From Nitrosopumilus sp. (GTDB lineage: Archaea; Thermoproteota; Nitrososphaeria; Nitrososphaerales; Nitrosopumilaceae): DNA of 64,000 bases. Made by a program: the position numbers and the translations under genes. This document shows, in pieces, positions 52,418-62,903 of this stretch; the first letter of the stretch is position 1; every line of letters starts with the position of its first letter. The notes under the pieces are model-generated. The model had not been told where the DNA came from. It did not search any database and was given only the letters and a program-made list of their open reading frames with translations. The stretch lies in NCBI GenBank assembly GCA_965224195.1, contig OZ245040.1:896001-960000 (forward strand), read 5' to 3'.

Positions 52418-52820
52418 TTGTGACATCTTGTCTGGCAAGCCGTTATGGATGGCCTTATCTTTGCAGTTGGCTTGTTATCTGATCTGGCAGCAACATCCAA
52501 AGCAGCTTTTGCAACTGTTTTTGGATGGTCTGAAGAATGTTTTTTTATTTTATTTCTAGAAAATGAACTCAATCTTATCTAATCTAAATTATTATGCTGA
52601 TGTTTGAGTAACACAATCATTGGAGCAAAACTCGTCTTTCATACTGTGAAATTCTCTTCCGCAATGTCTGCACTCCCTGATTGTTCTCATATGCTCTATA
52701 CGCAATTATGACATAAAAGATCTATCCTTTTTCTTAATATATAATATGACATTTTCTTGCGATCATAACTTTTTGTGATTTTCACGATTGTTTAAATCAG
52801 GTAAAAACATAGAATATGTT

Positions 52821-54149
52821 ATGGCAACTCAAATGACTTCCGCAAGACGTGGAGTGGCAACTGATGAAATGAAACAAGTTGCAAAAGATGAAGACGTTTC
52901 ACTTGAATGGCTAATCCCTAAAATTGCAAAAGGCTCGATAATTATTCCAAGCAATAATGTAAGACCGCAAAAAATTCACAATGTTGGAATTGGTAAGGGT
53001 CTGAAAACCAAAGTTAATGTCAACATTGGAACTTCTACATTAAATGTAAACATTGAGGAAGAAGTAGAAAAAGCTAAAGTTGCAATAAAATATCATGCAG
53101 ATACTATTATGGACCTCAGTGATGGTGGCGATGTTAAAAAAATACGTCAAATACTAATGGATGCTGCACCAATTACTTTTGGAACTGTTCCGATTTATGA
53201 GGCTTACAACTATGGAGTTGAAGTCCACAAGAATCCTTTGAATTTAATTGAAGATGATTATATCAAAGCATTTGAAAATAATGCAAAAGATGGAGTTGAC
53301 TATACAACAGTTCACTGTGGAATCACAAAAGATATCGCTAAAAGGATTCTCAAAGTTCAACGATATGGTGGTGTTGTGAGTAAAGGTGGTACAATCACTG
53401 CTGCATGGATGTTAAAACACGATAAAGAAAATCCATACATCACTCATTATGATTACATGATGGAAATTGCCAAAAAATATGATGTCACATTTAGCCTCGG
53501 AGATGCATTAAGACCAGGCTCAATTTTAGATTCCCATGATGAATTACAGGTTCAAGAGATGATCAACATATCTAGATTAACAAAACGTGCACATGAACAT
53601 GATATCCAAGTAATGGTTGAAGGTCCCGGCCACGTTCCATTAAACGAAGTTGCTGCAAATGTAAGATTGGCAAAATCCCTAATTGGCGATGTTCCATACT
53701 ATGTTCTAGGTCCATTGGTTACAGATGTTGCATCTGGACATGATCATATTGCTAGTGCAATTGGTGCTGCAATCTCTGCCAGTGAAGGTGTGGATCTTCT
53801 ATGTTATCTTACACCTTCTGAACATTTAGCATTACCAAACGCTGATGAAGTAAAGGCTGGATTAATTGCATATAGAATTGCAGCTCATGCAGGAGATCTT
53901 GTAAAAATTCGTGATAAAGTGATAAAATGGGATATGGAGATGACTGAAGCTCGACGTACATTGGATTGGGAGAAGCAACTAGCATTGTCTATTGATCCTG
54001 AAGAGGCTGCAAAAATTCATAGTAGAACAGGACAACATCCTGGCAATAATGTTCCTTGCACTATGTGTGGTGGTGCTTGTGTTTACATGATGTTGCCACA
54101 ACAGAAAAAATATGATAAAGAAAATGAAAATTTACAACAAGTTGAATAA
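52821..54149 (+). CDS. thiC: Phosphomethylpyrimidine synthase
   Basis: KVNVNIGTS, MVEGPGHVP and CTMCGGAC motifs. Confidence 0.97.
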   Translation: MATQMTSARRGVATDEMKQVAKDEDVSLEWLIPKIAKGSIIIPSNNVRPQKIHNVGIGKGLKTKVNVNIGTSTLNVNIEEEVEKAKVAIKYHADTIMDLSDGGDVKKIRQILMDAAPITFGTVPIYEAYNYGVEVHKNPLNLIEDDYIKAFENNAKDGVDYTTVHCGITKDIAKRILKVQRYGGVVSKGGTITAAWMLKHDKENPYITHYDYMMEIAKKYDVTFSLGDALRPGSILDSHDELQVQEMINISRLTKRAHEHDIQVMVEGPGHVPLNEVAANVRLAKSLIGDVPYYVLGPLVTDVASGHDHIASAIGAAISASEGVDLLCYLTPSEHLALPNADEVKAGLIAYRIAAHAGDLVKIRDKVIKWDMEMTEARRTLDWEKQLALSIDPEEAAKIHSRTGQHPGNNVPCTMCGGACVYMMLPQQKKYDKENENLQQVE

Positions 54150-54536
54150 TACTTTTTGAAGACTAGGTACTGTTTCATATTTTTCTAATTCTTCGATGCT
54201 AATCCATTTAAAATCTGAATTCTCCCAGTTTAGTTTGATTGTGGGTTTACTTGATTCAAACAAAAATGGGAATATTTCCCATTCGTGATTTTTGTACTGT
54301 GGTGAATGAATTTTCATTTCTTCACTTGCTTTAATTAATGTGATTTTATCTTCTGTAATTCCAGATTCTTCAAAAATTTCAATTTTTGCCCTAGAAAGAG
54401 GCTCTTCATTATTTTCAATAATTCCACTAATTCCTGCCCATAATCCCTTCATAGATTTTACTTTATCACTCCGTTTGAGAATTAGTAATTTTTCATTATC
54501 TCTAATGAACGATGTAACGATCTTTGTATAACGCAT
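54132..54536 (-). CDS. NUDIX hydrolase
   Basis: Nudix box G.IE.NEEP..RA..EI.EESG. Confidence 0.88.
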   Translation of the reverse strand: MRYTKIVTSFIRDNEKLLILKRSDKVKSMKGLWAGISGIIENNEEPLSRAKIEIFEESGITEDKITLIKASEEMKIHSPQYKNHEWEIFPFLFESSKPTIKLNWENSDFKWISIEELEKYETVPSLQKVLFNLL

Positions 54537-54541
54537 GTCGG

Positions 54542-55393
54542 CTATTTTTCGACTGCTTTTGCCATTTTTGCCATTCTTTTGTGGGATTCAGTAACATCCG
54601 TATGTTTTGCAAGTCTCTCTTGGCATTCTTTGATGTAATTTACAACCTCTTCTGTTTTTGATTCTTGAACAGCTGTTAGCAGTCTGCCAATATCTTTCCA
54701 AAGCTCTTCTGCAACTCTTCGAATCTCTGGGTTTGCAATGATAGTCTCAATTAGTTCTGGAGATTCTGTCATGATACTTTCTGCCAATGTTTTTTGAACT
54801 CTGAAAGTTGTACCTGACATTTTTTCTGTGAGATTCATTTTTTCATCTTTTGAAATGATGTTTGCAAAAACTAAATTCATCAAGTGTGTTAATCCTAAAA
54901 TCACTGCTATCTTTTTGTCATGTTCTGCTGCATCTATTGTTACAAAGTTAGCTCCACTGAACAATGATTTTGTAACAGTCAGTTCTTTTTTGGCATCTTT
55001 GATTGGAACTGAAATAATATTTTGGCCTTTGATTGTTTTTGTTCCTGGACCAAACATTGGATGAATACAAATAGGATTAATTTTTGCTGGCATTTTTGAT
55101 AATGATGATACCACTTTGGATTTTTCTGATGATATTTCAATAAGATATGTATCTCGTTTCATCTCTTTGGCAATCAATCTGATAATTTCAGGTGTTCTTC
55201 TTGTAGGTGTACAAAGAACAACATAATCTGCTTTTAAAATCCCCCCTACTAGTGATTCTGATATTTTAATGTCTTTTCCAGATACTTTATTTTCAGAGTC
55301 GTATCCAGTTACTTCGAATCCTTCGCTTGCAAAATATTTTACAAACCATCGTCCCATTTGACCTCCTGCGCCAATTATTGTAATCTTTTTCAT
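54542..55393 (-). CDS. tyrA: Prephenate/arogenate dehydrogenase
   Basis: IIGAGGQMG, IHPMFGP and EHDK motifs. Confidence 0.9.
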   Translation of the reverse strand: MKKITIIGAGGQMGRWFVKYFASEGFEVTGYDSENKVSGKDIKISESLVGGILKADYVVLCTPTRRTPEIIRLIAKEMKRDTYLIEISSEKSKVVSSLSKMPAKINPICIHPMFGPGTKTIKGQNIISVPIKDAKKELTVTKSLFSGANFVTIDAAEHDKKIAVILGLTHLMNLVFANIISKDEKMNLTEKMSGTTFRVQKTLAESIMTESPELIETIIANPEIRRVAEELWKDIGRLLTAVQESKTEEVVNYIKECQERLAKHTDVTESHKRMAKMAKAVEK

Positions 55394-56760
55394 TGGTTAC
55401 TCCTCATGATGTTACTTAGTATTTTCATTCCTTCTACTAATGTCTCTTCGTCTTGACATGCAGATAATCTGATAAAGTTCTTGTAATCTCCAAACCCTTC
55501 TCCTGGTGCTACTGCCAAACCTTTCTCTAGTGCACTATTGGCAAATTCAACTCCATCGAAACCCTCTTGATTAATTCTTGCAAAAATGTACATTGCACCA
55601 TCAGGGGTGATGAAATCTAATCCCATCTTACTTGCTTTTTCTGCCAACACATCTAGTCGGGTTTGTACTGTATTAGTATTATTGGATGTGTCTGCTTCAA
55701 GGGCTTTCATGGCTACATATTGGATTGGTTCAGAGACATTTGTAAGACACAAGGCTTCCAGTTTTGCCATTTTTTCAATTATTTTTGAATCTGCAATACC
55801 GTATCCAATTCTAAACCCTGTCATTGCATGTGATTTTGAAAATGATTGGGTAACGATACTTTTATCATAATTATAACTTAGAATGCTTTTCCAATTACTC
55901 TTTGCATATTGCGAATAAATTTCATCACTTAGTACATAGAGATTATTTTTCTTTGCAATTTCAATAATGTCATCTTGTAATTTCTCATCTAGGATTTTTC
56001 CTGTAGGGTTATTTGGATAGTTTAGAACAATCATTTTTGTATTTGAATTAATTGTATTTTTGATCTGCTCTAAGGATGGTTCCCACTTGTCTTCAAAAGT
56101 TGTATTGATGGTTCTAACTTTAATCCCAGAATTTAATGCGCAATCTTTGTAGGCAGGCCATGCAGGCTCAATTACTATCATTTCATCTCCTGGATTCAGA
56201 AGAGTTGTAATTGCTGTGAAAATTGAAAATCTTGCACCTGGACTTACAATTATGTTGTCTTGTTGAATATTTACGTTGAACTTTTTTGATACGTATTTTG
56301 CAAGAGCCTCTATAAAGACTGGCATTCCTTTTGCTTGACCATATTTTAGAAATCCTTTATCAAATACTTCTTCTAATGCATCTTTGACAATTTTTGGTGG
56401 CAAAAAGTCTGGTTCCCCTACTTCCATGCGAATAATTTTTTTCCCTTGTGCTTCAAGTGATTTTGCCTTTAAGAAGATTGAAAGGTGTGTTTGTTTATTT
56501 GTAGTTTGAACTTTAACTGATTCATTTAAAAGAAAATTTAGAAACTTTGTGGCCATGGTTTCATCTAATTCTATGTTGTTACATAGTGAAATTACTTTTC
56601 CACGTAAACTGTCTTCTCTTATTTCATCTGTAACTCCTTTTCCAATATTTTTTTTAATTTCTCCAATCTCTTTTGCGATATTTGTTCTGGTCTTTAGTAG
56701 CTCTATCATTTTTAGAGTAACCTCATCCATTTTATTTCGTAGTTCGTTGATATCTGACAT
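55390..56760 (-). CDS. Chorismate mutase-like domain fused to a class I/II aminotransferase
   Basis: N-terminal INELRNKMDEV..R..IA.EIG..K; NYPNNPTG, SDEIY and SFSKSHAMTGFRIG motifs. Confidence 0.9.
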   Translation of the reverse strand: MSDINELRNKMDEVTLKMIELLKTRTNIAKEIGEIKKNIGKGVTDEIREDSLRGKVISLCNNIELDETMATKFLNFLLNESVKVQTTNKQTHLSIFLKAKSLEAQGKKIIRMEVGEPDFLPPKIVKDALEEVFDKGFLKYGQAKGMPVFIEALAKYVSKKFNVNIQQDNIIVSPGARFSIFTAITTLLNPGDEMIVIEPAWPAYKDCALNSGIKVRTINTTFEDKWEPSLEQIKNTINSNTKMIVLNYPNNPTGKILDEKLQDDIIEIAKKNNLYVLSDEIYSQYAKSNWKSILSYNYDKSIVTQSFSKSHAMTGFRIGYGIADSKIIEKMAKLEALCLTNVSEPIQYVAMKALEADTSNNTNTVQTRLDVLAEKASKMGLDFITPDGAMYIFARINQEGFDGVEFANSALEKGLAVAPGEGFGDYKNFIRLSACQDEETLVEGMKILSNIMRSNQ

Positions 56761-56764
56761 TTTC

Positions 56765-57862
56765 TTATAGGACTGGTTTGATTGCTCCTGAAAGGAGTGC
56801 ATGGTCTGCAATTGTTAATGCAACAAGTGAATCAACTACTGGTGGGGCTCTAGGTACTACACATGGGTCATGTCTTCCTTTAACTTGAAGAATAGTTTCT
56901 TTTTTTGTTTTAATATCTATAGTTTTTTGTTTTTGAGCAATTGATGATGCTGGCTTGAAAGCAATTCTCATGGTGATTGGCATTCCATTTGAAATCCCTC
57001 CTAGAATTCCACCAGATCTGTTTGTTTCGGTAACGATTTTTCCTCTCTTTACTGTATACAAGTCATTATTTTCAGAACCATAAAGTTCTGAGCCTTGAAA
57101 TCCTGAACCAAATTCAATTCCTTTTACTGATGGAATGGAAAAAATTGCTTTGCTTAAATCTGATTCCAATGAACCAAAAATTGGCTCCCCTAATCCTACT
57201 GGAACATTTGTTGTAACTGATTCAATTATTCCTCCAAGTGAGTCTCCTTTCTTTCTTGCATCTAGAATGTTCTCTCTCATGATTTTTGCTGTTTTAGTTT
57301 CAGGACATCTTACTTCATTTTTATAAATTGAATTAATCATTTTATCATTAAATTCTCTTTCCATCTTTATTTTTCCAATCTGTGATGTGAATGAGTTTGT
57401 TTCAACCTCTAATGCTACTTTAAGTAATTTTCTTGCAATGGCTCCTCCCATAACATGAGTTGCTGTTAATCTTCCAGAAAACCTTCCTCCTCCTCGATGA
57501 TCATTATAGTGATTATATTTTACCATGGCTGGATAATCTGAATGACCTGGTCTTAGATTTGTTTTCAAATTTTCATAATCTTTTGATTTTTGATCACTAT
57601 TCCAAATTACCATTGTAATTGGTGCACCTGTTGTGTGACCTCTGAATACCCCTGAAATTATTTCAACAACATCTCCTTCTTTTCTCTGAGTTGAAATTAG
57701 ATTTTGACCTGGTCTTCTAAGATCTAACATTTTTTGAATATCTTTTTCATCAATCTCTAATCCTGCAGGACAACCATCTAAAACTGCCCCGATTGATTTT
57801 CCATGACTTTCACCAAAACTTGTTAAAACAAGACGCTGACCTATAGAACTTCCCGGCAACAT
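56765..57862 (-). CDS. aroC: Chorismate synthase
   Basis: FGESHG, RPGHSD, GGGRFSGR and GRHDPC motifs. Confidence 0.97.
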   Translation of the reverse strand: MLPGSSIGQRLVLTSFGESHGKSIGAVLDGCPAGLEIDEKDIQKMLDLRRPGQNLISTQRKEGDVVEIISGVFRGHTTGAPITMVIWNSDQKSKDYENLKTNLRPGHSDYPAMVKYNHYNDHRGGGRFSGRLTATHVMGGAIARKLLKVALEVETNSFTSQIGKIKMEREFNDKMINSIYKNEVRCPETKTAKIMRENILDARKKGDSLGGIIESVTTNVPVGLGEPIFGSLESDLSKAIFSIPSVKGIEFGSGFQGSELYGSENNDLYTVKRGKIVTETNRSGGILGGISNGMPITMRIAFKPASSIAQKQKTIDIKTKKETILQVKGRHDPCVVPRAPPVVDSLVALTIADHALLSGAIKPVL

Positions 57863-58071
57863 ACTATCAAAGTTAATCGATGTTTATAATTCCTCATTCT
57901 GAAACTTGCAGAATTTTTTTCTTATAATTCACTATTTTTTAATAACGTTTCACACCTGTTTAAAAATTATATAATTATTGGATAAAACATGAAATAATTA
58001 TAATCTATTCTTAAATATCATGATAACATATATGATATATGCAAAATAGTGTAAATTATAACGAATAATTT

Positions 58072-58155
58072 GCGCGACTCTGCGAAAAATACATGTTATC
58101 TACGCAAAAGCGTTGTGGGTGAGGAGAATGCTTTTCACTCTATACAGGGTCGTGC
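58072..58155 (+). ncRNA. Candidate structured RNA in the aroA-aroC intergenic region
   Basis: Nested stems gcgcgactctg/cagggtcgtgc and aaaagcgtt/aatgctttt whose only non-Watson-Crick pairs are G-U on the + strand; followed by a T-run. Confidence 0.4.
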
Positions 58156-58192
58156 CTTTTATCTCCCGGAATAATTTTTTTGAAAAATGATT

Positions 58193-59461
58193 TTAATAGA
58201 TTAAGATTTTTGCACCCATGCGATTCATCTCCTCTACAAAATTTGGATATGAAACTTTGACTGATTCAGGATCTGTAACGGTACAATTTCCAACATACAT
58301 TCCTGCAATACAAAACGACATGAATAGTCTGTGGTCTTCTTCTGATATCAAATCCGCACCAGAAATGTTTCCTGATGATTCTAAAATCATACCATCTTCT
58401 TTTTCTTGAATGTTAATCCCGAGTTTTACTAATTCTCTTGAAATAATTGCAATTCTGTCTGTCTCTTTTAATCTTGCATGTTTTACATTGAATATTTCAA
58501 TTGGGGCTGATGAACACAATGCCAAAATTGCAAGTGGTGGAAGTAGATCTGGTGAATTACTCAAATCAAATTTCCCACCAATTAATTTTTCAGGGGATTT
58601 AATTTTAATTTGTTCATCATTCATAATAATTTCAACCCCTAATTGTTCTAAAATATCAATAAATACTTCGTCTCCTTGAGGTAAATTTCCGATGTTTCCC
58701 TTTATTGTAACGTCTTCTCCGTTTAGAACAGTTGCAGAAAGAAGAAGAGCAAGACTAGAAAAATCTATTGGAATCATAAATGTAGTTTTTTTATATATTT
58801 GTGGAGATATATTGTATCTTTTGTATGGGATTAATGTTTGCACTGTTACTCCAAACTTTCGCATTGTAGCAATTGTGGCATCAAGATATGGTTTTGATAC
58901 TAGATTTCCTTCTATGATTAGATTGATTCCTTTCTCAGTTAGTGGTGCACAAATTAATAATGCAGAAATAAATTGGCTGGAAAAATTCCCTGGTATTTTT
59001 ACTTCTCCTCCTGCGATTTTCCCTTTAATTTTGATTGGCGGTTTCCCATCCGTTGAACTACATTGTGCGCCTATCCTTGACAATGCATCTAAGAGTGGCT
59101 GCATTGGTCTTTTCTGTAAACTTGAATCTCCAGTTAGAATAATTTCATCCGAATACAAACTAGCAATCCCTGATGCAATTCTAATTGTGGTACCTGAGTT
59201 TTCAGTGTTAATTTCAGGCACTTTTGTGCCTATTTTTATTGGATTTTTAACGATTATTGATGAATCTGCGGTTTCAATTTCTGCTCCAAATTTCTTACAA
59301 GCTTCAATTGTTGCTTTTGTATCTGCTGAAAGTAAGACATTCTCCACTTTACTATTATTCCCAGCAAGAGATGCAAGGAAAATTGCTCTATGTGAATAAC
59401 TCTTGTTTGGAGGACAAATTATTTGTCCTGAAATTTTTGATTTTTCAATTTTACACTTCAT
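58193..59461 (-). CDS. aroA: EPSP synthase
   Basis: KSYSHRA, NSGTTIR, SSQFIS, RLKETDR and DHR motifs. Confidence 0.96.
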   Translation of the reverse strand: MKCKIEKSKISGQIICPPNKSYSHRAIFLASLAGNNSKVENVLLSADTKATIEACKKFGAEIETADSSIIVKNPIKIGTKVPEINTENSGTTIRIASGIASLYSDEIILTGDSSLQKRPMQPLLDALSRIGAQCSSTDGKPPIKIKGKIAGGEVKIPGNFSSQFISALLICAPLTEKGINLIIEGNLVSKPYLDATIATMRKFGVTVQTLIPYKRYNISPQIYKKTTFMIPIDFSSLALLLSATVLNGEDVTIKGNIGNLPQGDEVFIDILEQLGVEIIMNDEQIKIKSPEKLIGGKFDLSNSPDLLPPLAILALCSSAPIEIFNVKHARLKETDRIAIISRELVKLGINIQEKEDGMILESSGNISGADLISEEDHRLFMSFCIAGMYVGNCTVTDPESVKVSYPNFVEEMNRMGAKILIY

Positions 59462-60308
59462 GAACTTCTGCCTTTTTGTTACTAATTTTTGAAATGATAA
59501 TGTTCCCTTCTAATGCCGAAAATACTTTTTTAATTGCAGATTCATTTTCTTTTTTTATAATTGCTGCAATTGATGGTCCATTGCCTGAAACTGATGCCCC
59601 CAGTGCTCCTTTTTCAATTAAATCTGAAATTATTTTAGGATCTGAATTTAATATTGCTGAAGTAGCTAATCCATTAATTATCATTGCATCCCAATAATTT
59701 GCTTTCTTAGATAATTCCCATGCGTTTTCGAAAGTAGATGATAAAATCTTGAGTTTTTTTAGATTACCTCTCTTTCTATTTTTTGGAATAAAAATTACTG
59801 CTATTAAATTGGATGGGGCTTTTTCAAATTGAATTCTTTTCTTTTTTGCATTATCTGTAACATTGAATCCACCATAGTAACAAGAACATGCATCATCATA
59901 TGCTCCCGTGATACTAACTTTGGATTCAATTGATGCCTCTACTCCTGCAAGTAATATTTGTTGATCGGTGAATTTTGGTTTGAATATTTTTGCACATGCT
60001 AGAGCAATAGCTGAAGAAATGGCACTAGAGCTTTTTAATCCATACCCTGTAGGGATTTCTGAATCTAATGTAATTGAAATTTTATTTTGTTCTAAATCTT
60101 TCTTTGAAATTATTTTTTCTATTGTTTTGTTAATTAACCGAGAACTTAGGCTCTTATTTTCAGACTGTATTGAAATTCCTTTTCCAGGACTAGTCTCCAC
60201 GGTTGCCTCTACTTTTAATTCAATTCCTAAGGTGGCTCCTTTTTGGTTTGCAATTGCATTTACTAATGAGACTGCCCCGTGGACTGTAGCCTTTGCTTTT
60301 GCCATCAA
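59451..60308 (-). CDS. aroK: Archaeal (GHMP) shikimate kinase
   Basis: IPTGYGLKSSSA, TGAYDDA and SGNGP motifs. Confidence 0.93.
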   Translation of the reverse strand: MMAKAKATVHGAVSLVNAIANQKGATLGIELKVEATVETSPGKGISIQSENKSLSSRLINKTIEKIISKKDLEQNKISITLDSEIPTGYGLKSSSAISSAIALACAKIFKPKFTDQQILLAGVEASIESKVSITGAYDDACSCYYGGFNVTDNAKKKRIQFEKAPSNLIAVIFIPKNRKRGNLKKLKILSSTFENAWELSKKANYWDAMIINGLATSAILNSDPKIISDLIEKGALGASVSGNGPSIAAIIKKENESAIKKVFSALEGNIIISKISNKKAEVHEV

Positions 60309-61126
60309 AATCCTCCTAGCAATGCTTTTTTCATGGCATTATAAGGTGCTTCTATACCGTGCCAAATTTCAAAAGCCCTAACTGCTTGGCCTAGAAGCAT
60401 TTCATAACCATAAATTATGATTGCTTTCTCTTCTTTTGCTTTTTTAATAAAATCTGTATTCATTGGCATGTATACGATATCATATACAATTGTTTTTTCA
60501 TTAATTCCTTTTAATTCAATAACACTGGATTCATTTTTGAGACCAACTGATGTAGCATTAACGATGATGTCGTAATCTTTTACTGTATCTTTAATGTCTT
60601 CAATCTCTATTGCATTTGCATCTAGTCCAATTGTTTTTGCAAATTTTGAAAGATTAGTTGCTTTTTCTAATGTTTTATTTGCAATAATGATGCTTTTTGC
60701 TTTCTCTTTTGCAAATCCTGCAACTATTGCCCTTGCAGCCCCACCAGCTCCAATTAAAAGAACTTTGGTTCCGTTGATGTTTAATTCTTTTTTCTTAAAT
60801 GGTTCCAAAAATCCGTCCATGTCTGTGTTGTATCCTTTTAGAATTCCGTCTTTGCTTGATACTGTATTGACTGCACCAATCAAACTACACGATTCATCAA
60901 TTTTATCTAAATATTTCATCATCTCTATTTTGTGTGGAATTGTAATGTTAAAGCCGTCAATCTTTATTTTTTTCAATCCTTCAATGCCTCCCTCTAATTC
61001 TCCTTTTGGAATTCTATATGCAATGTATGATGAATCTAAATCTAATTCTCTAAATGCTGCACTGTGAATATTTGGTGATAATGAATGATCAATAGGATCC
61101 CCAATTACTGCAAATGATTTACCCAT
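60305..61126 (-). CDS. aroE: Shikimate dehydrogenase
   Basis: HSLSP, NITIPHK, NTD and GAGGAARA motifs. Confidence 0.96.
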   Translation of the reverse strand: MGKSFAVIGDPIDHSLSPNIHSAAFRELDLDSSYIAYRIPKGELEGGIEGLKKIKIDGFNITIPHKIEMMKYLDKIDESCSLIGAVNTVSSKDGILKGYNTDMDGFLEPFKKKELNINGTKVLLIGAGGAARAIVAGFAKEKAKSIIIANKTLEKATNLSKFAKTIGLDANAIEIEDIKDTVKDYDIIVNATSVGLKNESSVIELKGINEKTIVYDIVYMPMNTDFIKKAKEEKAIIIYGYEMLLGQAVRAFEIWHGIEAPYNAMKKALLGGF

Positions 61127-61176
61127 CTTATTTTCTTGAGTATTATGATTGATTTAAACTCTCAACTATTATGATA

Positions 61177-61848
61177 TCATTTTTTTAAATTAGTAATTTT
61201 TTTCACTTCGTTCACACTAAATTGTCCTGGGGCTATTGCTTTTCCGAGTGAGACATATGTATATGGACTGCCAAGATATAGGCACAAAATCCTTGAAATC
61301 CTGCCATGATCTCCCATGGCAAAAGAAATTAGATTATTTTTCCCTTTTTTACTATACAATTCCAACATTCTAGTTGAATCATCTGCTGATTTTGCAGTGC
61401 TCACTATTTTTACATTTGATGAAAATTTACTCATTTGAGCAACCTTCTTTTTTAATTCTGCAGAACTTGGGGTCTTTTTAAAATCGTGCCAAGAAACAAG
61501 TAATTTTGTTTTTGTTGATTTCAAATATTTTGCTAACGCTGAATTTTTCCTTAAGGTGTTAAACTCTACATCCAACAGAAATGGGTTATATTCTGCAATT
61601 AATTTTAGAATTGCAATTCTTTCTTTTTCATTTCCTGAAAATTTTCCACCTTCATTTGTAGGTCTTAACGTACATACTATTTTGTTAAGATCCTTCTTTA
61701 TCATTTCTAATGTTTCTGGAATTTGTCCAACTTTAAGAAAATCAAATCTCACTTCTACAAAATCTGATTTTGCAAGAGCAATTTTTAATATTTTTTTAGT
61801 TTTTGCTGGTGTTATTTCTGCAATAGAAACACATGTTTTGTATTTCAT
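61177..61848 (-). CDS. aroD: Type I 3-dehydroquinate dehydratase
   Basis: EVRFD, TLR..EGG, SWHDF and APGQ motifs. Confidence 0.94.
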   Translation of the reverse strand: MKYKTCVSIAEITPAKTKKILKIALAKSDFVEVRFDFLKVGQIPETLEMIKKDLNKIVCTLRPTNEGGKFSGNEKERIAILKLIAEYNPFLLDVEFNTLRKNSALAKYLKSTKTKLLVSWHDFKKTPSSAELKKKVAQMSKFSSNVKIVSTAKSADDSTRMLELYSKKGKNNLISFAMGDHGRISRILCLYLGSPYTYVSLGKAIAPGQFSVNEVKKITNLKK

Positions 61849-62903
61849 TTTTCTAAAATATATTCATCCGAAACTTCCATTCCAAAGTGTCTGCCTGTTG
61901 CAGGCTTTGAATGCACCATTACTGTGTCCCCTTTCTTTAGGTGTGTAACTGAAACTAGTTGTCCATTTGATTTTACAAAGCGAATTGTTTCTGCATCTTG
62001 TGCAATAATTCCGCCTGTTTCTCCTCCTACTGTAGCTTTTATCATCAACATTGGCCTGCGTTCGATCTTTGATCTTCCCACAGTAGCTCTTCTTGCCTTC
62101 CCTTTTGAATTAAGAATTAAAACTTCCGAACCTGTCTCTACTTCTGAGAGATAATTTGTTGTTCCATCTGGGGATAATGTGTAACAATGAACTGCACCTG
62201 CGTTTACTCTAAATGGTCTTGGTGATGTAAATGATGATCCTACTGATTCATTATGAACTAGAAACAAAAAGTTTGATCTACTGCCAATCAACATGCCTTC
62301 TCCTTTGTGAAGCATAGATGCTGTATCTACACAAACTCGTTCTCCATCTCCTACTTCTTTAATCTCTGTAATCTTTGCTGGCTTCATGTCGAAACTCTTT
62401 GTTCCCAAGTATACCATGACTTCACGAATTTCATTAATTGATGAAGTGTTAAAGATTACTCCATCTGCTCCTACTTCTAAAATTGAAAACATCTTCCTAA
62501 CTTCTTCAGGAGTTTTAGCTATGGCAAAGATCTTAGTGTGAATTTTATGTAATTTTGCAATAATATTTTCTAGTGGAATGATTTTCCAGTCTTTTACTTC
62601 TATAATTACAAAGTCTAATCCTTTTTTGGCTATGCTGAGAACATTTTCAATATCTGTGTTTGATAGAATTTGGAATTTTTTCCCAACTTTCTTACCCTTT
62701 GGTTTTGGACCATCTTTTTCTAATACGACATAATTTGCTGCACTAGAAGGAAATACTGTTTGAAGTTTGATTTTCCCCTTGCCTATCTTTTTTGGGTCAA
62801 GATACACCATTTTGATTCCTTCATTTATCAATTGAGGAAGAAGTTTAGCTAATTGTGCTTGTGACCCTTTGGGTGAAATTATTAATTCTCTTGATTTACT
62901 CAA
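61845..62903 (-). CDS. aroB': 3-dehydroquinate synthase II
   Basis: DWKIIPLEN, RVCVDT, RPFRVNAG and GRHFG motifs. Confidence 0.93.
   Translation of the reverse strand: MSKSRELIISPKGSQAQLAKLLPQLINEGIKMVYLDPKKIGKGKIKLQTVFPSSAANYVVLEKDGPKPKGKKVGKKFQILSNTDIENVLSIAKKGLDFVIIEVKDWKIIPLENIIAKLHKIHTKIFAIAKTPEEVRKMFSILEVGADGVIFNTSSINEIREVMVYLGTKSFDMKPAKITEIKEVGDGERVCVDTASMLHKGEGMLIGSRSNFLFLVHNESVGSSFTSPRPFRVNAGAVHCYTLSPDGTTNYLSEVETGSEVLILNSKGKARRATVGRSKIERRPMLMIKATVGGETGGIIAQDAETIRFVKSNGQLVSVTHLKKGDTVMVHSKPATGRHFGMEVSDEYILEK

Noticed and set aside
52420-52572. Minus-strand fragment resembling a short-chain dehydrogenase C-terminus
   Set aside because: Too short, with no diagnostic motif.
52575-52820. 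TPP riboswitch upstream of thiC
   Set aside because: No conserved TPP aptamer core is visible; the region is AT-rich.
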